From Dehalococcoidia bacterium (GTDB lineage Bacteria > Chloroflexota > Dehalococcoidia > SM23-28-2 > RBG-16-64-32): DNA of 64,000 nt. The first letter of the stretch is position 1, and each line of letters opens with the position of its first letter. Of this stretch, positions 38,724 to 48,854 are shown piece by piece. The translations under genes and the position numbers were made by a program. The notes under the pieces are model-generated. The model was not told the DNA's origin. It worked only from the letters and a program-made list of their open reading frames with translations, and made no database searches. The stretch covers positions 864,001 through 928,000 of the forward strand of contig CAXXTF010000002.1 of NCBI GenBank assembly GCA_963665775.2, written 5' to 3'.

Positions 38724-40466
38724 TTGGTCGAACGACGGCGTAGTGGCAGATGGCGCCTGTGGGCCGTGGCCGCCGCTATCTCGCTGGCCACCCTCATACT
38801 AGTCGCGCGGCTGGCACAGCTCCAGCTCGTTGACCACGAGCAGTACGATGCTCAGGCCAGGCTCACACAGGTGAGCCAGGAAACCCTCTCCAGCCGTCGA
38901 GGCGCCCTCCTGGACCGCAACGGCTATCCCCTGGCCGCCAGCGAAGACACCTACAACGTGATGGTGGAGCGACGGGCCTGGGATGACCCAGCAGCCGCAT
39001 CGCGGGCGGCGACGGCCATCAGCGCCGTGACCGCCGTGCCCCCCGAAGAGATGCTCGCCATCGTGTCTGAAACGGACGTGTTCGAGGTGCCCGTGGCCCT
39101 CAGCCTCAACTACGAGCAGGCGACCCAAGTGCGCGAGTTGGGGCTGAACGGTGTGCGCCTGCTTCAGGGCAGCCGCCGGGTCTACCCGGAGGGGAACATA
39201 GCGGCCCAGCTCCTGGGCTTCGTGGGCCGGGACAACGTGGGCCTGACCGGGCTGGAGGCGGACATCGAGCAGATTCTCGGCGGCGCTAAAGGGTCGGTCA
39301 CGTATGAACGCGACGGCCTGGGGAATCAGATCGCTCTGGGCGACCGCCAGGAAGTGCCCGCTCAGCCTGGAGCAGATGTAGTCCTGACCATCGACCGCTA
39401 CATCCAGCGGCTGGCCGAAAGGGAGCTGGAGAAGGCGATCGAGGAGCACGGAGCGACGGGCGGCAGCATCATCGTCGTTCAGGTCAAGACGGGCGAAATC
39501 CTGGCCATGGCCAGCCGCCCAGCGTTCAACCTGACGCAACTAGACCTGAGCGACGAGACGAAGCTAGCCCTCTTCCGTAACCGCGCCATTACCGACCAGT
39601 ACGAGCCGGGCTCCGTTTTCAAGCTGGTCACGGCCGGCGCCGCCCTGGACCTAGGTCTGGTGGGACCAGAGACCCTCTGGTACGACACCGGGGTCGTCAA
39701 CATCTCTGAGTGGAGCATCTTCAACTGGGACTACAGCGCCAACGGCTACCAAACCGTGACCGACATCCTCTCCAAGAGCCTGAACACCGGCGCCGCCTGG
39801 CTGGCCGAGCAGCTCGGCCCCGACCGCTTCTACGAGTACGTGGCCCGCTTTGGCTTCGGCGAGACGAGCGGTATCGGTCTCAGCGGCGAGGTGACAGGCC
39901 AGGTGCGCACCCCCGAGAACGACCCCGCCAACTGGCGGCCCGTGGACATGGCCACCAACAGCTTCGGCCAGGGGATCACGGCCACGCCCCTGCAGATGGC
40001 GATGGCCCTGGCCACCATCGCCAACGACGGTCTGGCCATGCAGCCCCACATAGTGCGCGAGGTGATCTCCGCCACCGGCCACCAGGTGATCGAACCTGAG
40101 CCTCTGGGGCAGGTTCTGTCGCCGGAGACGGCCCACATCTTACAGCAGATGATGGGCGTTGTAGTGGACAGGATCCCCACTTATCTCCTAGACGTGCAGG
40201 GATATCGGGTGGGCGGCAAGACGGGCACGGCCAGTATCGTGACGGCGAACGGTGGCTACAAGGACGAGGCTTACATCTCCTCATTCGCCGGGATCGCTCC
40301 CCTAGAGGATCCGGTCCTGGCCATCCTGGTCAAGCTCGACGAACCGAAGGGTGTACCCTGGGGTACCGTCGTAGCGGCGCCGGCCTTCGGGAACATCATG
40401 CAGGCCGTGCTGGCTTACATGAAGGTTCCGCCCCAGGAGCCAGCGCTCGTCTCGGACACTCAATAA
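38724..40466 (+). CDS. ftsI: Class B penicillin-binding protein (FtsI/PBP2 family)
   Basis: RGALLDRNG, EPGSVFK (SxxK), SLN, KTGT. Confidence 0.93.
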   Translation: MVERRRSGRWRLWAVAAAISLATLILVARLAQLQLVDHEQYDAQARLTQVSQETLSSRRGALLDRNGYPLAASEDTYNVMVERRAWDDPAAASRAATAISAVTAVPPEEMLAIVSETDVFEVPVALSLNYEQATQVRELGLNGVRLLQGSRRVYPEGNIAAQLLGFVGRDNVGLTGLEADIEQILGGAKGSVTYERDGLGNQIALGDRQEVPAQPGADVVLTIDRYIQRLAERELEKAIEEHGATGGSIIVVQVKTGEILAMASRPAFNLTQLDLSDETKLALFRNRAITDQYEPGSVFKLVTAGAALDLGLVGPETLWYDTGVVNISEWSIFNWDYSANGYQTVTDILSKSLNTGAAWLAEQLGPDRFYEYVARFGFGETSGIGLSGEVTGQVRTPENDPANWRPVDMATNSFGQGITATPLQMAMALATIANDGLAMQPHIVREVISATGHQVIEPEPLGQVLSPETAHILQQMMGVVVDRIPTYLLDVQGYRVGGKTGTASIVTANGGYKDEAYISSFAGIAPLEDPVLAILVKLDEPKGVPWGTVVAAPAFGNIMQAVLAYMKVPPQEPALVSDTQ

Positions 40467-40485
40467 TCGGTTAAGATAGGGAGCG

Positions 40486-41847
40486 ATGTTAACGGTGGCA
40501 GACATCCGGAACGGGACGGCAGGGGTGCTGGTCGACAGCAGCGGACCCACGCAGGCCACCTTCGGTCGGGCGGTCATCGACTCCCGACAGGCTCGTCCGG
40601 GCGACCTCTTTTTCGCCCTGCCTGGCGAACACCGGGACGGACACGACTTCGTGGCTCAGGCGCTGACCGCCGGCGCCGCCGGGGCCGTGGTGGAAAGGCC
40701 GATCGACGTCCCGGCGGACGCCGCCCTGTTCCAGGTCGGCGATTCCCTGGAGGCGCTCCAGCGTCTGGCCGCCTACTGGCGTCGCCGCCATGACCTGCGG
40801 GTCATCGCCGTGACCGGCAGCGTCGGCAAGACCACTTGCAAGGAGCTGATCGCCGCCGTGCTGGCCCGCCGCTACCGCCTGCTGAAGAGCGAGGCGAACC
40901 TGAACACGGAGATCGGCGTCCCCCTGACCCTGCTCCAACTCACCGCCGAGCACGAGCGGGCCGTCCTGGAGTTCGCCATGTACGGCCCCGGCGAGATCGA
41001 CCTCCTGTGTCAGATAGCGGCACCGCAGGTCGGCATCGTCACCAACGTCGGGCCCGTTCACCTGGAGCGGCTGGGCTCGATGGACGCCATCGTCGCCGCC
41101 AAGGCGGAGCTGCTGGAATCGCTGCCCAGGGACGGCGTCGCCATACTGAACGGGGACGACCCTGCCGTGGCCGCCATGGCCACTCGCACGCGGGCCCGCA
41201 CCGTCCTCTACGGCCAAGCTTCCCAATGCCAGATACGCGGCAGCGATCTCGTGGGCCGCGGCCTGGACGGCATCTCCTTCCGCCTGACCTGCGGCGAGAC
41301 TTCGGTCGCGGTCTCCTGCCCGCTGCCCGGAAAGCACCACATATACCCCTGCTTGGCCACCGCCGCCGTCGCCCTGGAGGAAGGGATGAGCCTGAGCGAG
41401 ATCGCGGCTGCCCTGGCCGAGGCGAGGCCGGACCTGCGGCTACGGGTCCTATCCGGGCCCAACGGCTCCACCATACTGGACGACAGCTACAACGCCAGCC
41501 CAGCCTCCATGCTGGCCGCCCTGGAGCTCCTGTCGGAGCTGCCCGGCCGCCGCATCGCCCTGCTGGGCGAGATGCGCGAGCTGGGGGCGGCGGAGGAGGA
41601 GGGCCACCGCCAGGTGGGCGAGCGCGCCGCGTCGGCCTGCGACCTGCTCCTCGTGCTGGGCCAGAGGGCACGGCCCCTGGCCCAAGCGGCCCAGACCGCC
41701 GGGCTCACGGACGTGCGCCTGCTGGAGTCCGGCGAGGCGGCAGCGGCGATGTTGCGATCGGAGCTGCGTAGCGGCGACCATCTGCTGATCAAAGCCTCGC
41801 GGGCGCTGGCCCTGGAAACGGTTGTTGACGCCCTGGTGGCGCCATGA
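40486..41847 (+). CDS. murF: UDP-MurNAc-tripeptide:D-Ala-D-Ala ligase
   Basis: TGSVGKTT, NTEIGVP, DDSYNASP, GEMRELG, KASR. Confidence 0.95.
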   Translation: MLTVADIRNGTAGVLVDSSGPTQATFGRAVIDSRQARPGDLFFALPGEHRDGHDFVAQALTAGAAGAVVERPIDVPADAALFQVGDSLEALQRLAAYWRRRHDLRVIAVTGSVGKTTCKELIAAVLARRYRLLKSEANLNTEIGVPLTLLQLTAEHERAVLEFAMYGPGEIDLLCQIAAPQVGIVTNVGPVHLERLGSMDAIVAAKAELLESLPRDGVAILNGDDPAVAAMATRTRARTVLYGQASQCQIRGSDLVGRGLDGISFRLTCGETSVAVSCPLPGKHHIYPCLATAAVALEEGMSLSEIAAALAEARPDLRLRVLSGPNGSTILDDSYNASPASMLAALELLSELPGRRIALLGEMRELGAAEEEGHRQVGERAASACDLLLVLGQRARPLAQAAQTAGLTDVRLLESGEAAAAMLRSELRSGDHLLIKASRALALETVVDALVAP

Positions 41848-42803
41848 TCTATGCCCTGAGCCTAGGAGGGATGACGCTGATAGCGACAGCGATAGCGGGA
41901 GTGCCGTTCGTGGCGTTCCTGCGCCGTTTCAAAGTGGGGAAGGAGATCAGCGAGTGGGGCCCCGAAAGCCACCAGATAAAGGCCGGCACCCCCACTATGG
42001 GCGGCCTCCTCATCCTGACCGCCCTCGTCGGCTTCACGGTGGCGGCCAACCTGATCGGTCGCTACTCCATCGGCCTGCCTCTGGCGGCGATGTGCGCCCT
42101 GGCTGCCCTGGGCACCCTGGACGACCTCGGCTCGCTGCAGGGGCGGCCCCAGAGGACGCTCAGCAAGCGGGTCAAGCTGGTGGGCTTTGTGGCCATCGGG
42201 CTGGCGGCGGCCTTCGGCCTGTACGAGGGGCTGGAGCTGAGCGCCATCAACATCCCGTACGAAGGCTCACACGACCTGGGAGCCTGGTACATACCGATCG
42301 CCGTGGGCGTGGTCGTTCTCTCCGCCGGCGGCGTGGCCGTCAGCGATGGACTGGACGGGCTGGCCGCAGGCACCACAGCCATCGCCTTTGGCGCTTACGG
42401 GGTGGTCGCCCTCATGCAGGAGCAGACCTTCCTGGGCGCTTTCTGTTTCACCGTGGCGGGGGCGGTCCTGGGCTTCCTATGGCACAACTCCTACCCTGCC
42501 AAGCTGTTCATGGGCGATACGGGGGCCCTGGCCCTGGGCGGAGGTTTGGCCGTCGTCGCCTTCATGACCGGCCATTGGCTGTTACTCCCCATCGTCGGCA
42601 TCATCTTCGTCGCCGAAGGACTGTCGACCTACCTTCAGATCGGCTACTACCGGCTGAGCGGGGGCAAACGGATCTTCCGCATGGCTCCCTTGCACCACCA
42701 CTTCGAGCAGTTGGGGTGGAACGAGGTGCAGGTGGTGCAGCGGTTCTGGCTCCTGGGCGGGCTGGGCGCAGTTGTGGGCGTGATCCTGGCCAGTGAGGTG
42801 TAG
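41844..42803 (+). CDS. mraY: Phospho-MurNAc-pentapeptide transferase
   Basis: KAGTPTMGG, DGLDGL, FMGDTG, MAPLHHHFE. Confidence 0.96.
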   Translation: MIYALSLGGMTLIATAIAGVPFVAFLRRFKVGKEISEWGPESHQIKAGTPTMGGLLILTALVGFTVAANLIGRYSIGLPLAAMCALAALGTLDDLGSLQGRPQRTLSKRVKLVGFVAIGLAAAFGLYEGLELSAINIPYEGSHDLGAWYIPIAVGVVVLSAGGVAVSDGLDGLAAGTTAIAFGAYGVVALMQEQTFLGAFCFTVAGAVLGFLWHNSYPAKLFMGDTGALALGGGLAVVAFMTGHWLLLPIVGIIFVAEGLSTYLQIGYYRLSGGKRIFRMAPLHHHFEQLGWNEVQVVQRFWLLGGLGAVVGVILASEV

Positions 42804-42804
42804 C

Positions 42805-44214
42805 ATGAGCATCGACCGCTTTGGCGACCTGGACTTCCGCGACAAGCGGGTGACGGTAGTGGGGCTGGGCATCGAGGGCGTGGACGTTGCGCGCTACCTG
42901 GCCTCTCACGGGGCCTTCGTGACGGTCTCCGACGCCAAGCCCGCCGAAGCGCTAGCCGACCGCATCGAGGCGGTGGCCAACCTGCCGGTGCGCCTCTCCC
43001 TGGGCGCCAACGACCCCGAGGAGATGGCGGCAGCGGACGCCATCTTCGTCTCCCAGGGGGTGCCCCTGGACCTGCCCGGCCTCGCGGACGCCCGCCGGCG
43101 GGGGATACCTATCCACTCCATGCTCACTCTGTTCATGGAGATCTGCCCCGGCCCCATCGTCGGCATCACCGGCTCCAGCGGAAAGACCACCACCGCCGCC
43201 TTACTGGGAGAGATGTTCGAGGCCGACGAGCGACCGGTGTTCGTCGGCGGCAACATGGGCGTGGGCCTCCTGGGTCACCTGCCGGCCGTGCGCGCCTACA
43301 CCTGGTCCGTGCTGGAGATGAGCCACACGCAGCTTCAGTTGGTGGCGGCGAGCCCCCACGTAGCGGCCGTCCTCAACGTGACACCCAACCATCTAGACCG
43401 CTTCTCCTGGGACGAGTACCGCCGCCTTAAGGCGAACCTGCTTCGCTTCCAGGGAGCGGGCGATACCGCCGTCCTGGGCCTTGACGACCCCGAGGCCAGA
43501 GCGCTGGCCAGCGCCGTCAAGGGTCACCGACTCTGGTTCAGCCTTGGGCCAGACATTCCGGACGACGGCGTCTTCGTCCGCGAGAGATGGGCCGTCCTAC
43601 GCCGCGGACGGCTTGAGGAGCGGCTGTTCCCCCTGGAGGAGCTGCCCCTGCGGGGCCGCCATAACCATGCCAACGCCCTGGCCGCCGCCGCTCTGGCCGC
43701 CGCCTGCGGCGTCTCGCCGGAGGCGATGGCTTGCGCCGTCGCCTCCTTCAGGGGCGTACCTCACCGGCTGGAGCTCGTGGCCGAGGCCGGCGGCGCCCGC
43801 TACTACAACGACAGCATCGCCACCACCCCAGAGCGGACCCTGGCCGGCATCCGCGCCTTCCCTGAGCCGCTGGTGCTCCTCCTGGGCGGTCGGGACAAGC
43901 ATCTCCCGCTGGAGGAGCTGGCTAACGAGGCTATCCGGCGCTGTCGCGCCATCGTCCTTTTCGGGGAGTCCGCCGGCAAGCTGGAGGAGGCCCTGCGAAA
44001 GCGACCGGCCAGGCGACGGCCACCGCTGATCAGAGTGGCCGACCTCCCCCAGGCCGTTGAAGCGGCCCGCGGTGCTGCCCGGCGGGGCGATGTCGTGCTC
44101 CTATCGCCGGCCTGCACCAGCTTCGACGCCTACGATAACTTCGAGCGCCGGGGCGAGCACTTCCGGACACTGGTAGGAGAGTTCGTCAAGGAGGTCGAGC
44201 CATCGCTGCCGTAG
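42805..44214 (+). CDS. murD: UDP-MurNAc-L-Ala:D-Glu ligase
   Basis: ITGSSGKTT, GGNMG, NDSIAT, LSPACTSFD. Confidence 0.95.
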   Translation: MSIDRFGDLDFRDKRVTVVGLGIEGVDVARYLASHGAFVTVSDAKPAEALADRIEAVANLPVRLSLGANDPEEMAAADAIFVSQGVPLDLPGLADARRRGIPIHSMLTLFMEICPGPIVGITGSSGKTTTAALLGEMFEADERPVFVGGNMGVGLLGHLPAVRAYTWSVLEMSHTQLQLVAASPHVAAVLNVTPNHLDRFSWDEYRRLKANLLRFQGAGDTAVLGLDDPEARALASAVKGHRLWFSLGPDIPDDGVFVRERWAVLRRGRLEERLFPLEELPLRGRHNHANALAAAALAAACGVSPEAMACAVASFRGVPHRLELVAEAGGARYYNDSIATTPERTLAGIRAFPEPLVLLLGGRDKHLPLEELANEAIRRCRAIVLFGESAGKLEEALRKRPARRRPPLIRVADLPQAVEAARGAARRGDVVLLSPACTSFDAYDNFERRGEHFRTLVGEFVKEVEPSLP

Positions 44215-45425
44215 ACAGCGCCCCTGGATACCGCCAGGCAGGAGCCCTGCAACCGGGACCGCCGGATCACCTGCTGCTGGTGGCCACGGCGATGCTTCTG
44301 ATCGTGGGGCTGCTCGCCGTCTACAGCGCCAGCTTCGCCGTGGGCTACCTGGAGTTCGGCGACACGAACTATTTCGTGACCCGGCAGGCGATCTTCGCCC
44401 TGATTGGCGTGGGCGTTCTCGTCCTCTTCATGCGCCTCGACTACCGGCGGCTGCGGGCCCTCAGCGTGCCGATGATGCTGCTAGCGCTGGCGGGGCTGCT
44501 GGCCGTTCTTATCCCCGGCCTGGGCGTAGAGCGAAACGGCGCTTCGCGCTGGCTCGAGCTGGGGCCGCTGTCTGTGCAGCCCAGCGAGTTCGCCAAGCTG
44601 GCGCTAATCGTCTACATTTCGGCCTGGCTGGCCAGCCGGGGCAGTCAGATCAGCAACTTCTCTCTGGGCTTCATCCCCTTTGTGCTGATGGTGGGCCTGG
44701 TGGGCGGCCTGATCATCTCCGAGCCCGACATGGGGACAACGATCATCATTCTGCTAACCGCCGGTACGCTGTTCTTCGTGGCGGGCGCTCCCTTGACCCA
44801 CCTGGGCCTGCTGATGGCGGCGGGCGGTGTCATCAGCTGGGCGATAATCGTCAGCAAAGAGTACCAGCTGGATCGGCTGACCAGCTTCGTGTCACCGGAA
44901 GCGGACCCGCAGGGGGTCGGCTTCCAGATCATCCAGCTGCTTATCGCTCTGGGTAGCGGCGGAGCGGCGGGTCTGGGCTGGGGCGCCAGCCGTCAGAAGT
45001 TCTACTACGTCCCCGCCGCCCACACGGACGGCGTGTTCGCCATCCTGGGCGAGGAGTTGGGGTTCATTGGCCTCCTCGCCATCCTGAGCCTGTTCGCCTT
45101 CCTCCTCTATAGGGCCCTGCGCGTGACCATGCGCTCCCGCGACCAGTTCGCCCAGCTGCTGGCCATCGGCATCGTCAGCTGGATCGCTTACCAGACCCTC
45201 ATCAACATCGGCGGTATCACTCGCACGATACCACTCACCGGCGTGCCGCTACCCTTCCTGAGCTACGGCGGCTCGTCCCTCATCTCCCTCATGGCCGCCG
45301 TGGGCATTCTCCTAAATCTCTCCCGCTTCACCAACGACACCGCCTACCTGGAGCGGCAACGCTCGCGACCACAGCCCCGTCAAGGCTCGGGCCGGATCCC
45401 CTTCCTGCGGAGGGAGTCGGTATGA
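44202..45425 (+). CDS. ftsW: SEDS peptidoglycan polymerase FtsW
   Basis: GASRW, QPSEFAK, EPDMGT, HTDGVF, TGVPLPFLSYGGSS; start uncertain (ATC 44202 after AAGGAGG, or GTG 44280). Confidence 0.93.
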   Translation: MAAVDSAPGYRQAGALQPGPPDHLLLVATAMLLIVGLLAVYSASFAVGYLEFGDTNYFVTRQAIFALIGVGVLVLFMRLDYRRLRALSVPMMLLALAGLLAVLIPGLGVERNGASRWLELGPLSVQPSEFAKLALIVYISAWLASRGSQISNFSLGFIPFVLMVGLVGGLIISEPDMGTTIIILLTAGTLFFVAGAPLTHLGLLMAAGGVISWAIIVSKEYQLDRLTSFVSPEADPQGVGFQIIQLLIALGSGGAAGLGWGASRQKFYYVPAAHTDGVFAILGEELGFIGLLAILSLFAFLLYRALRVTMRSRDQFAQLLAIGIVSWIAYQTLINIGGITRTIPLTGVPLPFLSYGGSSLISLMAAVGILLNLSRFTNDTAYLERQRSRPQPRQGSGRIPFLRRESV

Positions 45426-46531
45426 GGCTGGCCCTGAGCGGCGGCGGCACCGGCGGCCACGTCTACCCGGCCCTCACTATCAGCGAGGCCCTGGAGCGCG
45501 AGCTGCCGCCCTCGGAGACGTTGGAGCTGCTCTTCCTCGGCTCCAGCAGCGGCGCCGAGGCCGAACTGGTGCAGCGGGCGGGAGCGCCCTTCTGGCCCAT
45601 CTCCTCTGGACCCATAAGAGGGCGCAGGCCCTGGAAGATGGCCGGCAACGCCGTCAAGCTGGGCAGGGGCACGATCCAGGCCCGCACCGCCCTCCGCAGT
45701 TTCGCGCCTCAGGTCGTTCTCTCCACAGGGGGCTACGCCAGCTTTCCCGTGGCCCTGGCCGCCCGCAGCCGCAAGATACCGCTGGCCGTCTACCTACCAG
45801 ACCTCTACCCCGGCTGGGCCGTCCGCAGCATCGCCCGCCTGGCCCAGCGGATCGCCGTTTCGGCGGACGAGAGCCTGGAGCGGCTCCCCGACGGCAAGGG
45901 AGTGCTCACAGGCTACCCCGTCCGGGAGGGCTTCTGGCGGGCTAACCGACTGGACGGGCGCCGGCGCCTTGGTCTGGACAGCGAGGAGAAGGTGCTGTTC
46001 GTGGCGGGCGCATCCCAGGGGGCTCACACTATCAATCTGGCGATCGCCGGTCAGCTCCGCGGCCTACTAGAGTTATGTGAAGTAATTCACCTCTGCGGCA
46101 ACGCTGATGAGCCCTGGCTGATGGGGCTCCGCGACGAACTGCCGGAGGCGCTGCGTGATCGCTACCACCTCTTCGGCTACATGCATGACGAGATCCCCGG
46201 GGCCATGGCGGCCGCCGACCTGGCTCTCTGCCGCTCCGGCGCCTCCGTCCTGGGCGAGCTTCCCGCTGTGGGCCTGCCGGCGATTCTCGTCCCTTACCCC
46301 TACGCCGGCGGCCATCAGCGGCTTAACGCCCGCTACCTGGCCGATCGCGGCGCCGCCGTCGTCCTGGAGGAGCGCGAGCTGACGTCCATGCTCCCCCTGG
46401 TAGGCCAGCTCCTGCACAATGAGGCTCGACTGCGGTCGATGAGCGACTCCGCTCGCGGCCTGGCCCGGCCCGACGCCGCTGACCGTATCGCCCGCCTTCT
46501 CCTGGAGTTATCCCAAGAGGCGAAGGGATGA
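45422..46531 (+). CDS. murG: Lipid II GlcNAc transferase
   Basis: GGGTGGHVYP, TGGYAS, GASQGA, HQRLNA. Confidence 0.96.
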   Translation: MRLALSGGGTGGHVYPALTISEALERELPPSETLELLFLGSSSGAEAELVQRAGAPFWPISSGPIRGRRPWKMAGNAVKLGRGTIQARTALRSFAPQVVLSTGGYASFPVALAARSRKIPLAVYLPDLYPGWAVRSIARLAQRIAVSADESLERLPDGKGVLTGYPVREGFWRANRLDGRRRLGLDSEEKVLFVAGASQGAHTINLAIAGQLRGLLELCEVIHLCGNADEPWLMGLRDELPEALRDRYHLFGYMHDEIPGAMAAADLALCRSGASVLGELPAVGLPAILVPYPYAGGHQRLNARYLADRGAAVVLEERELTSMLPLVGQLLHNEARLRSMSDSARGLARPDAADRIARLLLELSQEAKG

Positions 46532-47937
46532 ACAACACCCTGACCGGAGCCATCCCTCAACGGATCCACCTCGTTGGGGTGGGCGGCATCCATATGTCGG
46601 GCATCGCTCAGATCCTGCGCGCGCGCGGCCATATCGTCTCCGGCTCGGACCTTCAGAGCTCGCCCCTGACGGATCGGTTGGAGGGGCTGGGCGTCACGAT
46701 CCACAGCGGCCACCAGGCCGACTACGTGGGACAGGCGGAGCTGGTGGTGTACACCTCCGCCGCTTACGAGGACAACCCGGAGCTGGTGGAGGCCCGGCAC
46801 CGCCGCATACCGACGCTTAAGAGAGGCCAGATGGTGGCCCGGCTCATGGAGGGGAAGCAGATCATCGCGGTGGCCGGAAGCCACGGCAAGACCACCACCT
46901 CCTCCCTCATCGCCTACATGCTATGGCGGGCCAACGTCTCGCCGACCTTCATGGTGGGCGGTGAGCTGATCGACCTGGGCAGCAACGCCATGCCCGGCGA
47001 TGGCCCCCACTTCGTGGTGGAGGCCGACGAGTTCGACGCCGCCTTTCTGAACTACCGGCCGGATATCGCCCTGGTCACCAACGTGGAGGCTGACCACCTC
47101 GACTACTACGGCTCCTTCGAGAAGGTGACCGAGGCCTTCCGCCAGTTCCTCTCCCAGGTCCAACCCAACGGCTATATCCTGGCCTGCGGCGACAACCCAA
47201 CGCTGCAGGCCATTCTTTCTCAGACTGCGGGAGACGACGTGAATTTCCCCGTCCACGTCATCTCCTACAGTCTGCACCAACCTGAGGCGGAATGGACCGC
47301 CGAAAATATTTCGCAAAAGCGTGTAGACGGGTCATCTTTTATGGTAAGATTCCGTCAGGAAGTTTGGGGAGTCGTAGAGACTCGCCTGGCCGGGGTTCAT
47401 AACGTGAGCAACGTCCTGGGGGCCATCGCCACGGGCCATACGCTCGGCCTGCCTGCGGAGGATATCCGCGGCGCCGTTGCCGAGTTCAGAGGCGTCCGCC
47501 GCCGGTTCGAACCGGTAGGCGAGGCCGCCAACGTCACCATCTTCGACGACTACGCCCACCACCCCACGGAGGTTCGCGCCACCCTGGCCGCCGCCCGCGC
47601 CCATTTCCCCGACCGCCGTCTGGTCTGCCTCTTCCAACCCCACACCTACAGCCGCTCCCGCTACCTGCTGGAGGGATTCCGCACCTGCTTCCGGGATTGC
47701 GACCTGCTGCTCATCGCCGAGACTTACGCCGCCCGCGAGGAGCCCTCGGCGGGCATGACGGCGGCGGAGTTGGCCCCTGAGATCCAGCGCCCGCCGGCCC
47801 GCTACACCGGCGGCCTGGTAGAATCCGCGGCGGCTGTCGCTACCCTCCTGGAGCCCGGCGATCTCTTCTTCACCATCGGTGCCGGTACTGTGAACAGGGT
47901 AGGACCCATCGTCCTGGAGGCGCTGAAACAGCGATGA
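46528..47937 (+). CDS. murC: UDP-MurNAc:L-Ala ligase
   Basis: GVGGIHMSG, GSHGKTTT, EADEFD, DDYAHHPTE, FQPHTYSR. Confidence 0.96.
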   Translation: MNNTLTGAIPQRIHLVGVGGIHMSGIAQILRARGHIVSGSDLQSSPLTDRLEGLGVTIHSGHQADYVGQAELVVYTSAAYEDNPELVEARHRRIPTLKRGQMVARLMEGKQIIAVAGSHGKTTTSSLIAYMLWRANVSPTFMVGGELIDLGSNAMPGDGPHFVVEADEFDAAFLNYRPDIALVTNVEADHLDYYGSFEKVTEAFRQFLSQVQPNGYILACGDNPTLQAILSQTAGDDVNFPVHVISYSLHQPEAEWTAENISQKRVDGSSFMVRFRQEVWGVVETRLAGVHNVSNVLGAIATGHTLGLPAEDIRGAVAEFRGVRRRFEPVGEAANVTIFDDYAHHPTEVRATLAAARAHFPDRRLVCLFQPHTYSRSRYLLEGFRTCFRDCDLLLIAETYAAREEPSAGMTAAELAPEIQRPPARYTGGLVESAAAVATLLEPGDLFFTIGAGTVNRVGPIVLEALKQR

Positions 47938-48854
47938 ACGAAGATGTCCTGGAAAGGCTGCGGCAGGTGGCGCCGCTGCGACTGGACGAGCCGTTGTCCC
48001 GCCACACCACTTTCGGCGTGGGCGGCCCCGCCGACGCCTATCTTGCTATCGATACCGAAGAGCAGCTGCAATCCGCCTTCACCATCGCACACAGCGACCG
48101 CCTGCCCGTCTTCATCCTGGGCTCGGGCTCCAACATCCTGATCGGCGACGGCGGCATCCGCGGGCTGGTGATCGAAAACCGCACGAGCCAGATCGAAGGG
48201 CCATCGCCCAACGGTGCCGGATTCAAGGTGCGGGTAGCCAGCGGCGTCAGCTTCGCTACTGTGGCCCGACGCCTCTGCTTCGCCGGTTACGCCGGCCTGG
48301 ACTGGGCCATCGGTATCCCCGGCACCCTGGGCGGCGCCGTAGTCTCCAACGCCGGCGCCTACGGCGGCTGCCTCCAAGACATCCTCAAGAGCGTCCGTCT
48401 GGTCGACAGGCAGGGAAACGTAGCCCAGATGCGCCCGGAGGAGCTGGCCCTGACCTACCGGGGCAGCGCCTTCACCAGCAGCAGGCTGCACGACCGAGTC
48501 GTCCTCTCCGTCGACCTCTCCGTTCAGGCCGGAGACGCCGAGGCGTTGACCCGGCGCGTCCACGAGCTGGACGCCCAGCGGCGGGGTGCTCAGCCGTCAG
48601 GGCGCAACTGCGGTTCCATGTTCAAGAACCCGGCGGAACACCCCGCCTGGTGGCTAATCGATCAGGTGGGGCTGCGCGGGCACCGCACCGGCAACGCCCA
48701 GATCTCGGAGCAGCATACCAACTTCACCCTAAACCTGGGCGGCGCCACTGCCGCCAACGTCATCGCCCTCATGGATCTGGCCCGCCGCCGCGTCCGCCAG
48801 CGGTTCGGCATCGAGCTGGAGCCGGAGGTAGCCATGGTGGGGGAGTTCACATGA
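47934..48854 (+). CDS. murB: UDP-N-acetylmuramate dehydrogenase
   Basis: HTTFGVGGPA, GSGSN, GIPGTLGG, GSMFKNP, LEPEV. Confidence 0.96.
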   Translation: MNEDVLERLRQVAPLRLDEPLSRHTTFGVGGPADAYLAIDTEEQLQSAFTIAHSDRLPVFILGSGSNILIGDGGIRGLVIENRTSQIEGPSPNGAGFKVRVASGVSFATVARRLCFAGYAGLDWAIGIPGTLGGAVVSNAGAYGGCLQDILKSVRLVDRQGNVAQMRPEELALTYRGSAFTSSRLHDRVVLSVDLSVQAGDAEALTRRVHELDAQRRGAQPSGRNCGSMFKNPAEHPAWWLIDQVGLRGHRTGNAQISEQHTNFTLNLGGATAANVIALMDLARRRVRQRFGIELEPEVAMVGEFT

